Assembly (NCBI GenBank): GCA_030867685.1
Contig: JAQOWU010000007.1
Location: forward strand, 2,480,001 to 2,544,000
DNA from: Wickerhamiella versatilis
Taxonomy: Eukaryota
DNA: 64,000 nucleotides
Direction of reading: 5' to 3'
In this document: positions 11,865 through 24,287 of the stretch, piece by piece
How the letters are laid out: every line of letters begins with the position of its first letter
How positions within the stretch are numbered: the first letter of the stretch is position 1
Translations under genes and position numbers: made by a program
The notes under the pieces: model-generated
The model's input: only the letters and a program-made list of their open reading frames with translations
What the model was told of the DNA's origin: nothing
Databases searched by the model: none

Positions 11865-14383
11865 ACTTCGTATATCTATCGAAAAGTATATTCAATAACT
11901 TACAAAGCTTCAATGATCTTCAACACGTCCCTTGACATATAAGAAAGTAGTAACGTAAGGTGCGCAAGAATACCAATATCGGCATGTTTTGTCGTAATAG
12001 GTTTCTGTGCGAATAAGTTTCCGAAACATTTGCTTTCTTTTCCATTTTTGCTTTTCCAAGTATCTCTGTCTTATGGCCTCCCTTCTGTGGGTGCATGAAG
12101 CTGTGTGGGGATATGTTACGATAAATAATGTTGTTAGGTAATCATATGTGATAGCTAGACTGTCTAGGCATTGAACCGACCGATTACTGGCCAAAGAGTC
12201 TGATAAAATTATTTCCAATAATGGTAATTGCTGCCATGTTAGTAGAGTGATATACAAAAAAAATACGAGGCTTAGTCTATAATTTATGCTTCTTAATTTG
12301 ATATCATTACAACAAGAGGGTCGTCTCAATAGCAGAATGCTCCCGGTGATATAAGAAGAAATGACTGGGAAGATCGAGATTCTTATGACAACGACTTTCT
12401 CTTAAATTACTTAATAGTCTGCAAAATAAAGAATGAAACCAAAACATCATGAAGTTTTGCACCTAAGTCGGTTTGTATCTACCATGGATAATAAACCACA
12501 ACGGATTACCGCTTCTCACAGAACTGCGATATGGTAAAATAGTCTTATTCCACTTGTCATAGTCTTAATACCTGTGGATTAAGGAGCCAATTGACTCTAC
12601 CTCCTCGGAAGATACTATGAATGAAAAAAATGAGAGTGCTAATTCAAGCCATAGAATACGAGTTACCTCAGCAAAGAATGTGTTGTCATACAATTGATAA
12701 TTTCCTCACGATTCGTAGTTAGACATGTTAGGTACGGTATCAATATATCCAATTAACTTGGAGCTGCTCCAAATAGCAAATACGATCCCAGTCCAAGGCT
12801 TGATCAGAGTGCACAAGTTCAAGATGATCAGCTGGAAAGGCTGCAGCAAAGAAATATACTCAAATATTCATTGCATTGAGCCTAAAGCACAGAATGGTTA
12901 TGATATAATCCTGTTACCAACATACGTTTAGCAGAAATATGTGGTGGTCTCCAAGCTAGAAAGCCAGCAAAAGCGGCCCAATCCTAGTATGCCAAATTTT
13001 ACGACCATGGAAAATGTTCAAGATGATAAGTCTTACAAATTGGCACTCGCTTTATATTCACACCCTCTATAGGATTCCAATCTCTAAATTGCAAAAAATT
13101 AATTGGAGAAGACCTTGATAGAATTCATGTTGTCCTATATGTATAACAAGAGTTTTTTCAGGGATATTGGGCATAACTTCCCCGTTTCTAGTAGAGTAGT
13201 TAGCATTCTGTTCTCCTGGAATGTTCAATACTTTGAATGCTCTTGGTGCCGCTGGGTAAGAAACACCTGAGCTCTCAAATACGGCAAATGTAATTACAGT
13301 TACAATTATCCCCGTAGGTGGATTGTTTGTAGCTCCCCTAATTGAAGTTCTTAGAATACGCTATACACATTATCAAGTCTTTCACCCGTGAGATGACTTT
13401 CACATTTAACTCTTGATTAAGTATTCCATACTGAGCCTGATAATTCCAAAATGTATCTCACATTTATATCAGTGCTAGAAAACTTTGAGAAAGTTTTTTC
13501 TCAGAATCACTCATCATAAGCAAGCTTTATAGTATTAGTCATCTAGATATGTAGCTGACTCATTATGTCTTAGCTAATATAAGACAGTGTTGCTAAACAT
13601 TTCACGGATATATAGATTTTTCATTAAAAGCACTGGCGACTTCTGGGAATTTGTGCTATGTTACTTAGGGCAGCCCTCTATTATAATAATAAGTTTGGAA
13701 CTTAATGGTTTTATTACATTTGCAGCCTTAATCATGGGAATTGGTATATTGCTGTGTGGGGTATCTGGCCCGATTTTGCTAGGTTATCCATCCCCATCGT
13801 AGCAGAGAAGACCGGTATCAGTAAAATATCTTTGCATAATCTCAGTGAATCTATTGGGGATCACAGACCTGCATCCGATCGAGTTCGAACGGTTCTTGAC
13901 CATCGGTGTCTGGGCGCAACGAGGGGTTTGACTCAGCTACATGAGTGGCTTTTGTCGGAAAAATCAAACTACAAGGGCTAGATACAATTGGGCTATTGGA
14001 AGCGAATTCTGAATGATTTGACTTGGATAATTTGCCTACGTATGTACTTGTCACCTTGGGGTATTTCATCCATGTTTTTCTTTCCTTAACGGTTTCCTGA
14101 CCCATAAACTCCGTTTATGTCATCTCGGTGATCGATGCTTGATCAGGTAATGTGGTCTCATCCTTGTAAAACAAACTATATTGACCGATTGTATCTCATT
14201 TACAAGATTTAATGTTCTGGTTTTTCCAAGATATGTTTATAAACTTAGATTTTCACTCCGTTCTATGCCTCATCGTCATGACCTTCAGTTTACCCTTACC
14301 CACGTATAGAAGGGTGTTACAAATGACGCATTTGTGCTGTCAGGTATTAAAGCTAAGGTTTTTCTCAACATTCTTGTAATATT

Positions 14384-15466
14384 ATGCGACCCCTAAGCAG
14401 TAAGAATGTTTGGATGGCCTTATGTCAACAGTCGAAGGCGGCCCACTTCTCGACTACGTCTAACCGCTTGAGAACAGGACAAGCCAATTTGGACCAATCC
14501 GGCAAGAGTGATTTAAACGGTCCCAACCCATTGGCTGATATTGAGAGTCCAAGAGCATTAGCTGATATCAAAAGTCCAAGCTCTTCAGCCCGAGACCTTT
14601 TCAAAGCTGATGATTATCATCTTGCTAGCGGTTGGACACATACAGTGTTTACTCCTGAGCAAATGCGTGCGGTTACCGTTTCACATAGAAAGCCCACAGG
14701 ATTAGCGGACAAAGCTGCTTGGCGAATGCTTCAAGTCATTCGCTGGTCTTTTGATCGCGTTACCGGCTACAAGCATCCTCCCCCTGATGCAGCTCATGAA
14801 TTTGACCCAAAGTTCAATATGAGCGAAAGTAAGTGGCTTCAGAGGTTTGTCTTTCTGGAGAGCATTGCAGGTGTTCCAGGGATGGTAGGAGGGATGGTGA
14901 GGCACCTTCATAGTTTGCGGCTCTTCAAGCGGGATCGTGCATGGATTGAGAGCTTGCTAGAAGAAGCATATAATGAGCGAATGCATCTGCTGACATTCAT
15001 AAGACTCGCAAATCCTGGCATAATGATGCGCTTGATGGTGCTTGGGGCGCAAGGTATTTTCTTTAATACCTTTTTTGTGGCGTATCTCATCGCCCCTAGG
15101 ATTTGCCATCGATTTGTGGGCTATCTGGAAGAAGAGGCCGTGATCACTTACACGAGGTGTATCGATGATCTAGAGAAAGGCAAACTACCTGAGTTTTCTT
15201 CAAGAAAAGCTCCAGACCTCGCTATCAAGTACTGGAAAATGCCAGAAAATGCCACTGTAAAGGATTTGATTTATTATGTTAGGGCGGATGAGAGCAAGCA
15301 TCGCGAGGTTAATCATACGTTTGGCAATCTGATACAAAAATCTGATCCCAATCCATATGCCTTAGACTATTCGGCACTTCCCGAATCGGTGCCACGACCC
15401 ACTCTGGACTTGGACAAGGATAAAGGGCATCCTACGGGATGGACAAGAGAAGATATAAAATTATAG
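14384..15466 (+). CDS. AOX: Mitochondrial alternative oxidase
   Basis: FLESIAGVPGMV, LEEAYNERMHL, HRFVGYLEEEAVITYT and RADESKHREVNH di-iron motifs; basic N-terminal presequence. Confidence 0.97.
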   Translation: MRPLSSKNVWMALCQQSKAAHFSTTSNRLRTGQANLDQSGKSDLNGPNPLADIESPRALADIKSPSSSARDLFKADDYHLASGWTHTVFTPEQMRAVTVSHRKPTGLADKAAWRMLQVIRWSFDRVTGYKHPPPDAAHEFDPKFNMSESKWLQRFVFLESIAGVPGMVGGMVRHLHSLRLFKRDRAWIESLLEEAYNERMHLLTFIRLANPGIMMRLMVLGAQGIFFNTFFVAYLIAPRICHRFVGYLEEEAVITYTRCIDDLEKGKLPEFSSRKAPDLAIKYWKMPENATVKDLIYYVRADESKHREVNHTFGNLIQKSDPNPYALDYSALPESVPRPTLDLDKDKGHPTGWTREDIKL

Positions 15467-17011
15467 ATATAGATAAACTTACCAGCATTGAAACCGAATA
15501 TCTAAGCCTAGATTGGCTAGAAAGGCGCAAAATTCCGTAGCATGTTTTACGCCCTCAAATCAGGCAAACACCAGTCTTTATAACAGAGCCAATTAGAATT
15601 TGAATTATTGACTGATTTATCAGTGGCAAGAACTATCACCCTTGGATCACCACATTCATGTTCTTGATAGGAGATGGATAGGCTCTGGTAATATGATGCT
15701 TGAGGAACTGGAATTGAGAAATCCTCTTGAGACATTTATTTCTAAATCGTGGTCTGCAAAGTGATCCGGATATCATACTTGGTACGGAGGAATTCAAAGT
15801 TACTAACAATCCAAAAAGTTCCATATTGCTTATTCTAAAGTACTGAAAACTTTCACTGATCATCAGGTCATAGTATGTTCGATTTTTTTTTCAGCATATG
15901 CGACGATGATTATATGAAGGTATACCAGAGTGTGGAGGCGAGAATGGGCGATTTCATGACCCACCAGATATTCCGCTATGTGAACACAGATAGTTATAGC
16001 AATTGTTTTAAATTAGCCTTAGAATGCTCTTGAATCTATTATACAATGCATTACTTGTTGATGCAAGACAGAAACTAAGTACTAGGCTATTTGCATGGAA
16101 GAATAGAGGAGAAATTCTTTTGCTTTTATACTCAATTCATAGAAACTGCTCAACCAGGAGCCACTGAAAGGTGGAGCTGTGATATACACGTAGTATCACA
16201 CGAGCTAGGTATTCGCTGTAAGAGGAAGGGTTAAGTGCTCTATTTATCACATAACCAAAAGTTTCTTATACGTTTGAATTCGGGATTAAATCAGTAACTA
16301 TTTTTTTGGAATATCATTCACTAATCCACCACCGATCTTCACCTTTTGCTGGTAGCTGAAACACGGCCATGGAGTAGTGGGAAGATTCAAGGTCCATGGC
16401 AAGATAAAAAAGAGCACAATATAACGGGATAAGGAAACTTGTATCACCTTAAACTAATCTGTTTTTCAGGAACAAAAAAAGTATATAGGTCCTATGATAT
16501 ATATTTGTGTACCCAAGAAAAACCAGAATACTCTAGCGTGAAGTCAGTTGTCTTTAAACTACCACTAAAATTACAGAAGTCCATAAGATCCTTCTCTCTG
16601 GGCATTGAATAATTCGTATAATCGTACACGAAATGGTGGGCACACCCTTGCACATTATGTTGATTAGTGATGCGCGGGAATGTCGGCCAAATATAGCCCA
16701 CTTTAAACTATTCGAAATAAAAGCAGTATCTTTTTTTTTGAAAACTTATATCTACCACGATGGTTTTTATTGATTATAAAAACTAAAGGTATTAGTGTTA
16801 GGAGTATCCGCTGGATAAATTTTAAGTCTTTAAATAACTTCAACCAATCATTCCTTCCTAATATAAATAACTACTACAGTTTCGATATGAGCCACAACAC
16901 TGGTTGAATGCGACCAAGAAGCCACAAAACAACTAGTCTACTAAGCCAAGAATATTAAATTTGTCTAATATGAGGCTAGCAAAATTTTAAAAAAATGTGA
17001 TAAAAAACTAT

Positions 17012-20000
17012 CTAAAGTAGCAGGATTCCAGCAGCCACACTTAGTAGAAGTGCACTGAGCGGATTCGTCCTTCCTGCAGTATTTGCGATAGCTGGAACAC
17101 TGGAAGTTGTTGCAGTACCAACGGAAGTAGATTTACTAGGAGATTCAGAATCTGCTGAAGGTGCATTGCTTGAAGCAGCAATCGGACTAGACTCACTGTA
17201 AGTTTGAGACAGAGTCGCAGTGGTTACACTTGAAACATCAGGAAGCATGGATTCATTGGATTCAGAGGGCCTTGCAGAAGCAGTACCATGTGAAGCAGAG
17301 CTGGTTTCGGCGGTTGGTACACTGGTTGCAGCAGTCGGAGCAGCAGTCGGAGTTCCGGATGTACTTTGCCCAATTGTTAAGGATGTGGGACCAGAAACAG
17401 TGTAAGTAGATGAGCCATGGGTAAATGTGGTGGGTGAAGGACAGTAAGTGGTGAAGACAGTAGCTTCTGCTGTCTTTGTAGAGCCCAAACTCGCTGAATT
17501 ATTTTCCTCACTCTTACTCTCGGTACAATCGCACTCCTCTATAGACATTGTTGTTTCTTTTGTCACAGTGTAAATGGAAGAACCATGAGTGAAAGTAGTT
17601 GGCGATGGACAATACGTCGTGAAGTAGGTTGCATCTGCTGTTACCGTTTCACTGGTACCAGACACACTTGAATCAGTATTAATTCCAAACGAACTAGTAG
17701 GAATTGTTCCTGTGGAACCTAATTCTGTACCCGCAGTACCTGTATCCATAGCGCTAGTACTAGTATCACTCAACCCAGTACCAATAGCGCCAGAACTAGT
17801 GACACCTGGATTTGTACCGGTGGTATTAGTACCTCTGGTACTTGAACTAGTAAGGATCACACCTGAACCAGTAGCAATTGTTCCTGTAGAACCTGATTCG
17901 GCACCCGCAGTACCTGTACCCATAGCGCTAGTACTAGTATCACTCAACCTAGTACCAATAGCGCCAGAACTAGTGACACCTGGATTTGTACCGGTGGTAT
18001 TAGTACCTCTGGTACTTGAACTAGTAAGGATCACACCTGAACCAGTAGCAATTGTTCCTGTAGAACCTGATTCGGCACCCGCAGTACCTGTACCCATAGC
18101 GCTAGTACTAGTATCACTCAACCCAGTACCAATTGCACCAGAACTAGTGACACCCGGTTTTGTACCGGTGGTATTAGTACCTCTGGTGCTTGACCTGGTA
18201 ATCATCGCGCCTGAACTAGTAGGAATTGTTCCTGTAGCACCTGATTCTGTACCCATAGCATTAGTACTAGTATCACTCAACCTAGTACCAATAGCACCAG
18301 AACTAGTGACACCTGGATTTGTACCGGTGGTATTAGTACCTCTGGTACTTGAACTAGTAAGGATCACACCTGAACCAGTAGCAATTGTTCCTGTAGAACC
18401 TGATACTCTACCCGTAGTAGTTGACCCACTACCAGTGGCAACACTATAAGTCGAACTAATTGGTGCTGATATGAGTGTACTCTTCGAAGCAAGTGATGGA
18501 CTTAGATTGGAGCTCCAGCCTGAGACTTGTTGGGAAGCACTAGTGGAAAGACCCGGTATGAATGATCCTGAACCAGTGCCAGATATAGAAGGTGATCCAA
18601 TACTTCTGGAGGAACTCATAGATCCACTATAGGCAAATGGATCTTTACTCGACTCATGCTTGCTAGAAGAATGTTCAGTAGATGTATCAGTAGTAGTCAC
18701 GTTTTCGGTTACAGAACTCACACTGGGATTGACAGAGCCTGTAGCCGGAGTGCCTGTGGTGGAAGCTCCTTCAGCCGTTGACTTCTGACTGCTGCCAGTA
18801 GACGCAGAGGGTCCTGGCTTCAAAGAAGAAAATGACAGAGTCACGGTCCCTGAAGTAATAGGTGGACTATTGGACATTGTGCTGCTGAGTTCCGAACTCA
18901 CTTGCGAAAACGATGAGAGGCCGGTATTCGATCCAGCACCAGTATACGATGTGGAGGATGTGGAGCAGTCACCTGATGATCCTGTAATATCGTACCCGGA
19001 TATGTGATTCAACTTGTCAAACGGTAGCATACCGTTGATACTATCAATGATCTTGTTGAGGTCATTGATAGAATCTGAGGACGAATTTACCTCATCCCAC
19101 AACACACAGCAGGGACGGTTCGAGAGTCCACCGCTAACCTGAGTAATGGTATTCGATATTCCATTGGTTATTAGATTCAGAGCTGGCACAAGTGGTGCGA
19201 TCGCTTGAGAAACCCCAGAACTTTCAAGACCTCCTAAGAGTTGATTATCGATTTTCAGGAACTGGGAAAGGGTATTCAAGAACTCTGCCTGACTGCTATA
19301 ACTGATGCAATTAATGCTACCAGATGTACCTGTAAGGTCATTGAAAACTGATTCAAGCGAGTTGAGTTCATTGGGAAGGTCGAATATATTAATGCCTGAG
19401 TTGAAGGTATTAGCCGCAGCATCTACTGCTTTCTGCAGACTATCAATAATGTCGCCAAAACTCCCTTCATTGTCACACTGACAGCTTGAGGTGGCAGTAG
19501 GAACAACTACGTTAGAGCTAGTTGGACTCGTGAACTGAATGGTCGACGAGGCCAAGCTTGATATAGTGGTTGGGATACTACTGGCAATATTGCCTGAATC
19601 ACTGCTCGATGAGGCCAAGCTAGATAGAGTGTTGGAAATACTGCTGGTGCTATCACTTGATTCACCCCCTGAGGTATCACTGGCCATATTTTTTGAAGAG
19701 GTTGAGCCTGGTGTCGTGGTCGATCTTGATATAGTGGTTGAGATACTACTGGCAATATTGCCTGAATCACTGCTCGATGAGGCCAAGCTAGATAGAGTGT
19801 TGGAAATACTGCTGGTGCTATCACTTGATTCACCCCCCGAGGTATCACTGGCCATACTTGTTGAAGAGGTTGAGCCTGGTGTCATGGTCGAGATGCTGGT
19901 GGTTGCAGATGATGAGCAATCGCCAGATGATCCTGTAATATCGTACCCAGATATGTGATTCAACTTGTCAAACGGTAGCATACCATTGATACTATCAATG

Positions 20001-21427
20001 ATCTTGTTGAGGTCATTGATAGAATCTGAGGACGAATTTACCTCATCCCACAACACACAGCAGGGACGGTTCGAGAGTCCACCGCTAACCTGAGTAATGG
20101 TATTCGATATTCCATTGGTTATTAGATTCAGAGCTGGCACAAGTGGTGCGATCGCTTGAGAAACCCCAGAACTTTCAAGACCTCCTAAGAGTTGATTATC
20201 GATTTTCAGTAACTGGGAAATAGTATTCAAGAACTCTGCCTGACTACTATAACTGATGCAATTAATATTACCAGATGTACCTGTAAGGTCATTAAAAACT
20301 GATTCAAGCGAGTTGAGTTCATTGGGAAGGTCGAATATATTAATGCCTGAGCTGAAGGTATTACCCGCAGCATCTACCGCTTTCTGCAGATTATCAATAA
20401 TGTCGCCAAAACTCCCTTCATTGTCACACTGACAGCTTGAGGTGGCAGTAGGAACAACTACGTTAGAGCTAGTTGGACTCGTGAACTGAATGGTCGACGA
20501 GGCCAAGCTTGATATGGTGGTTGGGATACTACTGGCAATATTGCCTGAATCACTGCTCGATGAGGCCAAGCTAGATAGAGTGTTGGAAATACTGCTGGTG
20601 CTATCACTTGATTCACCCCCTGAGGTGTCACTGGCCATATTTTTTGAAGAGGTTGAGCCTGGTGTCGTGGTCGAGACGCTGGGGGCTGCTGACGATGAAC
20701 AATCGCCAGATGATCCTGTAATATCGTACCCAGATATGTGATTCAACTTGTCAAACGGTAGCATACCGTTGATACTATCAATGATCTTGTTGAGGTCATT
20801 GATAGAATCTGAGGAAGAGTTTACCTCATCCCACAACACACAGCAGGGACGGTTCGAGAGTCCACCGCTAACCTGAGAAATGGTATTCGATATTCCATTG
20901 GTTATTAGATTCAGAGCTGGAACAAGTGGTGCGATTGCTTGAGAAACCCCAGAACTTTCAAGACCTCCTAAGAGTTGATTATCGATTTTCAGGAACTGAG
21001 AAAGGGTATTCAAGAACTCTGCCTGGCTACTATAACTGATGCAATTAATATTACCAGATGTACCTGTAAGGTCATTGAAAACTGATTCAAGCGAGTTGAG
21101 TTCATTGGGAAGGTCGAATATATTAATGCCTGAGTTGAAGGTATTAGCCGCAGCATCTACTGCTTTCTGCAGACTATCAATAATGTCGCCAAAACTCCCT
21201 TCATTGTCACACTGACAGCTTGAGGTAGCAGTAGGAACGACTACGTTAGAGCTAGTTGGACTCGTGAACTGAATGGTCGACGAGGCCAAGCTTGATATAG
21301 TGGTTGGGATACTACTGGCGATATCACTTGATTCACCTCCCGGGGTATCACTGGCCATATTGGTTGAAGAGGCTGAGCATGCTGCTAATTGAATTATAGC
21401 TTGTACGAAGGCCTTCATTCGCACCAT
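17012..21427 (-). CDS. Large GPI-anchored cell-wall protein/adhesin with three Cys-containing helical repeat domains, a Ser/Thr/Gly stalk and two TTYCPSPTTFTHG (Ccw12/Sed1-type) repeats
   Basis: N-terminal signal peptide, C-terminal GPI signal ANTAGRTNPLSALLLSVAAGILLL, internal repeats visible in DNA and protein. Confidence 0.9.
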   Translation of the reverse strand: MVRMKAFVQAIIQLAACSASSTNMASDTPGGESSDIASSIPTTISSLASSTIQFTSPTSSNVVVPTATSSCQCDNEGSFGDIIDSLQKAVDAAANTFNSGINIFDLPNELNSLESVFNDLTGTSGNINCISYSSQAEFLNTLSQFLKIDNQLLGGLESSGVSQAIAPLVPALNLITNGISNTISQVSGGLSNRPCCVLWDEVNSSSDSINDLNKIIDSINGMLPFDKLNHISGYDITGSSGDCSSSAAPSVSTTTPGSTSSKNMASDTSGGESSDSTSSISNTLSSLASSSSDSGNIASSIPTTISSLASSTIQFTSPTSSNVVVPTATSSCQCDNEGSFGDIIDNLQKAVDAAGNTFSSGINIFDLPNELNSLESVFNDLTGTSGNINCISYSSQAEFLNTISQLLKIDNQLLGGLESSGVSQAIAPLVPALNLITNGISNTITQVSGGLSNRPCCVLWDEVNSSSDSINDLNKIIDSINGMLPFDKLNHISGYDITGSSGDCSSSATTSISTMTPGSTSSTSMASDTSGGESSDSTSSISNTLSSLASSSSDSGNIASSISTTISRSTTTPGSTSSKNMASDTSGGESSDSTSSISNTLSSLASSSSDSGNIASSIPTTISSLASSTIQFTSPTSSNVVVPTATSSCQCDNEGSFGDIIDSLQKAVDAAANTFNSGINIFDLPNELNSLESVFNDLTGTSGSINCISYSSQAEFLNTLSQFLKIDNQLLGGLESSGVSQAIAPLVPALNLITNGISNTITQVSGGLSNRPCCVLWDEVNSSSDSINDLNKIIDSINGMLPFDKLNHISGYDITGSSGDCSTSSTSYTGAGSNTGLSSFSQVSSELSSTMSNSPPITSGTVTLSFSSLKPGPSASTGSSQKSTAEGASTTGTPATGSVNPSVSSVTENVTTTDTSTEHSSSKHESSKDPFAYSGSMSSSRSIGSPSISGTGSGSFIPGLSTSASQQVSGWSSNLSPSLASKSTLISAPISSTYSVATGSGSTTTGRVSGSTGTIATGSGVILTSSSTRGTNTTGTNPGVTSSGAIGTRLSDTSTNAMGTESGATGTIPTSSGAMITRSSTRGTNTTGTKPGVTSSGAIGTGLSDTSTSAMGTGTAGAESGSTGTIATGSGVILTSSSTRGTNTTGTNPGVTSSGAIGTRLSDTSTSAMGTGTAGAESGSTGTIATGSGVILTSSSTRGTNTTGTNPGVTSSGAIGTGLSDTSTSAMDTGTAGTELGSTGTIPTSSFGINTDSSVSGTSETVTADATYFTTYCPSPTTFTHGSSIYTVTKETTMSIEECDCTESKSEENNSASLGSTKTAEATVFTTYCPSPTTFTHGSSTYTVSGPTSLTIGQSTSGTPTAAPTAATSVPTAETSSASHGTASARPSESNESMLPDVSSVTTATLSQTYSESSPIAASSNAPSADSESPSKSTSVGTATTSSVPAIANTAGRTNPLSALLLSVAAGILLL
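17700..18400. repeat. Coding tandem repeat, 4 units of 174/174/159 nt (about 58 aa, Ser/Thr/Gly stalk)
   Basis: tagtatcactcaacc recurs at 17761, 17935, 18109 and 18268. Confidence 0.9.
18960..21370. repeat. Three near-identical ~600-nt domain repeats plus repeated linkers within the adhesin
   Basis: Units start near 18960, 19911 and 20691 (spacing 951 and 780 nt); the protein unit CQCDNEGSFGDII...SGYDITGSSGDC occurs three times. Confidence 0.95.
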
Positions 21428-22859
21428 GTTAATAGTTCACTGATGGACAACCATCTGAATTTAATATAAGGCGGCTGGTATGCGCAATTCAGTGGCTCCT
21501 GCAGATTGCTGTGGTTTATATTTCGTAATGATGCATTGCATTAAATCTCTACATTAGGTATGAAATATTTCACTGTGGAAAAGAAAATGAACAACCTAGC
21601 CAAACTAATATTGAATTGAATATATTACAATTGGGTATACCAAACCAGTATTTTTTAATCATTCCATTCACATTTTGATACCCAGACTTTTACAAGGGTG
21701 TCAAGGCGCTGTCGGCATATGTACACTTTCTTAGTAATTATGTACAGGGTAAACCATACCACACCCTGGCCGTTCTCGAGCCAGCACAGTGCCCTCCCAC
21801 GAAAATATGTCTTGCTGGACTTCCCAGACCGGAATCTCACTATAGAGGATGTCGCAATATATAAGGTCCAAGATTACCGAAAGAAAATCAGGGGCAAGTA
21901 CTTAGACATGCATCGACTGTGAGCCCCTACCCATGTTGGATTACTTTTTTTTTAGTGATGGGACTCGTCAGAAAGTGAAGCAGGCCTATATTGGAATTAT
22001 AGAAAATTAGTTTTTATGTAATTGATACTAGAGTACTAGTCGCGATAATTATTATTATTTAGATGCTTTTTATTCCCAATCATCACGAACATTCGATTTG
22101 CGATTCGTCGAGAACCAGGTCCTCCATGTGATTAATCATTTTTTCTCGCTGGTTGTTCGTATCGCTAAATACCTTATGTGTAGCATTAGCGTATTAAGTG
22201 GTCACCCAATCGGGCATCATAGAGTAACAGCCAACTCGAGAAAAGAATACTGCAGTTTGGATTATTAGTTTATAAGCTCTCTTGGACTCATTACTCTTGG
22301 CGTCTTGAGCACAGTTTTCTTTTTTAGCGAAGGGTACGGTAACGTACAAAATTTGCAGTTTTTTTACAGCTAGTCTCTAGTTCCTGAGCCAGCATTATGT
22401 GTTAAATTACGAGTATATGCTACTATCTTATGGTAAGCGACATGGGTCAACCTAGATCGTGGCAAAAGATGTGTACGACTTGGGCAACTTCCGAGACAGA
22501 TGAGCCGAGGAAAGCACATAGGTAAATATCTAAAAATAAATGGGTGTAGTGCTTGTTTTTTGCGTAGTAAAAGAAGCAGAGTGAGCAGGCTGAAGTCAAT
22601 GCAACTCCTGTTCACTGCATACAGAGTGATCAAACCCACATTCACAACTGCAGTCACATCCACACAAGCTATATCCACGAGTATTTCTTATATGGGTATA
22701 AAGCTCAGTCCAAGTTTCTTTTTTCCAGGTGGATTTTCTCAAATTTCTATTTCAGGATTTCTTATGTTTTCGGACTTGCAAGGCATATACGCTTACTCAT
22801 ATGCGCCTGTCATGACGTCACGGCTGCCCAACACTGTGAGATACGAGACATGGGGCTAG

Positions 22860-23960
22860 ATCGGCAGTCCCTCATGAAGCACCTCGGGGTAGCAGTATGA
22901 ATTGTTGATACATAAGTACGATGACTTATCTGTGGATCCCAAACAGGATCCTCGTCTTGAAATATTAAACCAATTCCATAATTACATGAGAAATTCCCTC
23001 AGACATCAAAGTATTCAGAGACTTTGAATACATATGGTCTACTCTACACACTACCAGGAACTAATTCCAGTCTGAAACCAATTGTATTGTTGGCTGATCA
23101 AGATGTTGTACCGGTAAATCCTTCAAACATTGATCTATGGGAGTACCCACCATACTCAAGCTACTTTGATGGCGAGGATGTTTGGGGCCGCGGCAGTTCG
23201 GACACGAAAAACCTTTCGGTGAGTATTTTGGAAGCAACTGATAACCTACTTCGACAGAATTGGAAACCATCTCGTACCGTGATTATTGCCTTCGGTTTTG
23301 ACGAGTGGTTGGGTGGAGAACGTGGTGCAAAATCACTGGCTGAATAAATTGAAAGGCGATATGGATCTAACTCAGTTCATTTCCTTTTGGACGAGGGGGG
23401 GGGTTGTTATATGAATCAGGGGCTCTTTACGCTCTACCTTCTGTAGCAGAAAGAGGCTATGCTGGCATTAATCTAGTGCTTGAAACTCTAGGTGGCCATT
23501 CTTCTGTACTTCCGCATCATACTGGAATCGGAATTGCCGCGGAGGTTATCACGAGGCTTGAAAACATAGACTTGTTCAAACCAAGCTTGAATGAAGGTCA
23601 TCCCCTAGTTAAACAACTTGCTGTACAAGCACCATATTCACCTGAACTCGATGAGAAAACACAGCAAAAATGGGCAAGGCTTACATATGACGAGAAAGCA
23701 CGTCATGCACTTGCCCATGAGCTAGAGAAAGATAGAGCACTGCGTGCTTATGTTACCACTAGCCAGGCCATAGATGTTATACATGTTGGAGTGAATGTCA
23801 ATGCGCTACCTGAAAGAGTAGAAGTGAAAACGAACTATCGTTTCAAGTTGGATTCTTCAGCAGCAGCAGTGCATGAATGATACCTAGAAATTGCTGAATC
23901 TGTGGCGAGGAAACATGACCTTGGGCTAACCAAAGGCAACAATCTTGAGCCTCATCTCAA
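22860..23960 (+). pseudogene. CPS1: Gly-Xaa carboxypeptidase (Cps1, M20 peptidase) pseudogene, 3'-truncated
   Basis: Fragments KYDDLSVDPKQDPR..FHNY, NTYGLLYT..SLKPIVLLADQDVVPV (metal His changed to Asp), WGRGSSDTK, FGFDEW, LLDEGG, GGHSS, TTSQAIDVI..NALPE. Stops at 23345 and 23878, a frameshift at the G9 run 23395-23403, and no C-terminal part. Confidence 0.88.
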
Positions 23961-24287
23961 GATTCAGATTTTAATTCATAAAGCGATCGATAATTTCAGG
24001 AAACATATACGAGCCTGCATAGTGGCTCAGAGACAAAAAGCTGTAAATACTAGAAAAAGGAAAGTAGTAAAGTGCTCAGGAAAAAATTACAATCAGACCA
24101 TGGAAAGAGTATAAGATTGACTCCCTATTTCCAGAATTAGGATGGCCCCAGTGCCGTCATTTTTTCTAAACTTAAATAAACCTACGCTAGGTGAGTCTTT
24201 CAATATAGAGACGTTAAGTGAACATCATTTGAATAACGCAATTGTGTGTGCTAGTTGCGGATGGAAGTGTTGCCTCGTCTTCACTCG

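Noticed and set aside
13846..13900. LGITDLHPIEFERFL resembles bacterial DnaE (ITDLDPLEFDLLFERFL)
   Set aside because: Only about 15 aa, needs a 4-residue gap, and the flanks do not match; probably chance.
17220..20741. Long + strand ORFs (e.g. 17712..18449, 19539..19958, 20490..20741) with repetitive V/L/P/E sequences
   Set aside because: Antisense shadows of the Ser/Thr-rich adhesin repeats.
17700..21370. Regular repeats that could be mistaken for a CRISPR array or satellite
   Set aside because: They are in-frame coding repeats with no unique spacers, in a eukaryotic context.
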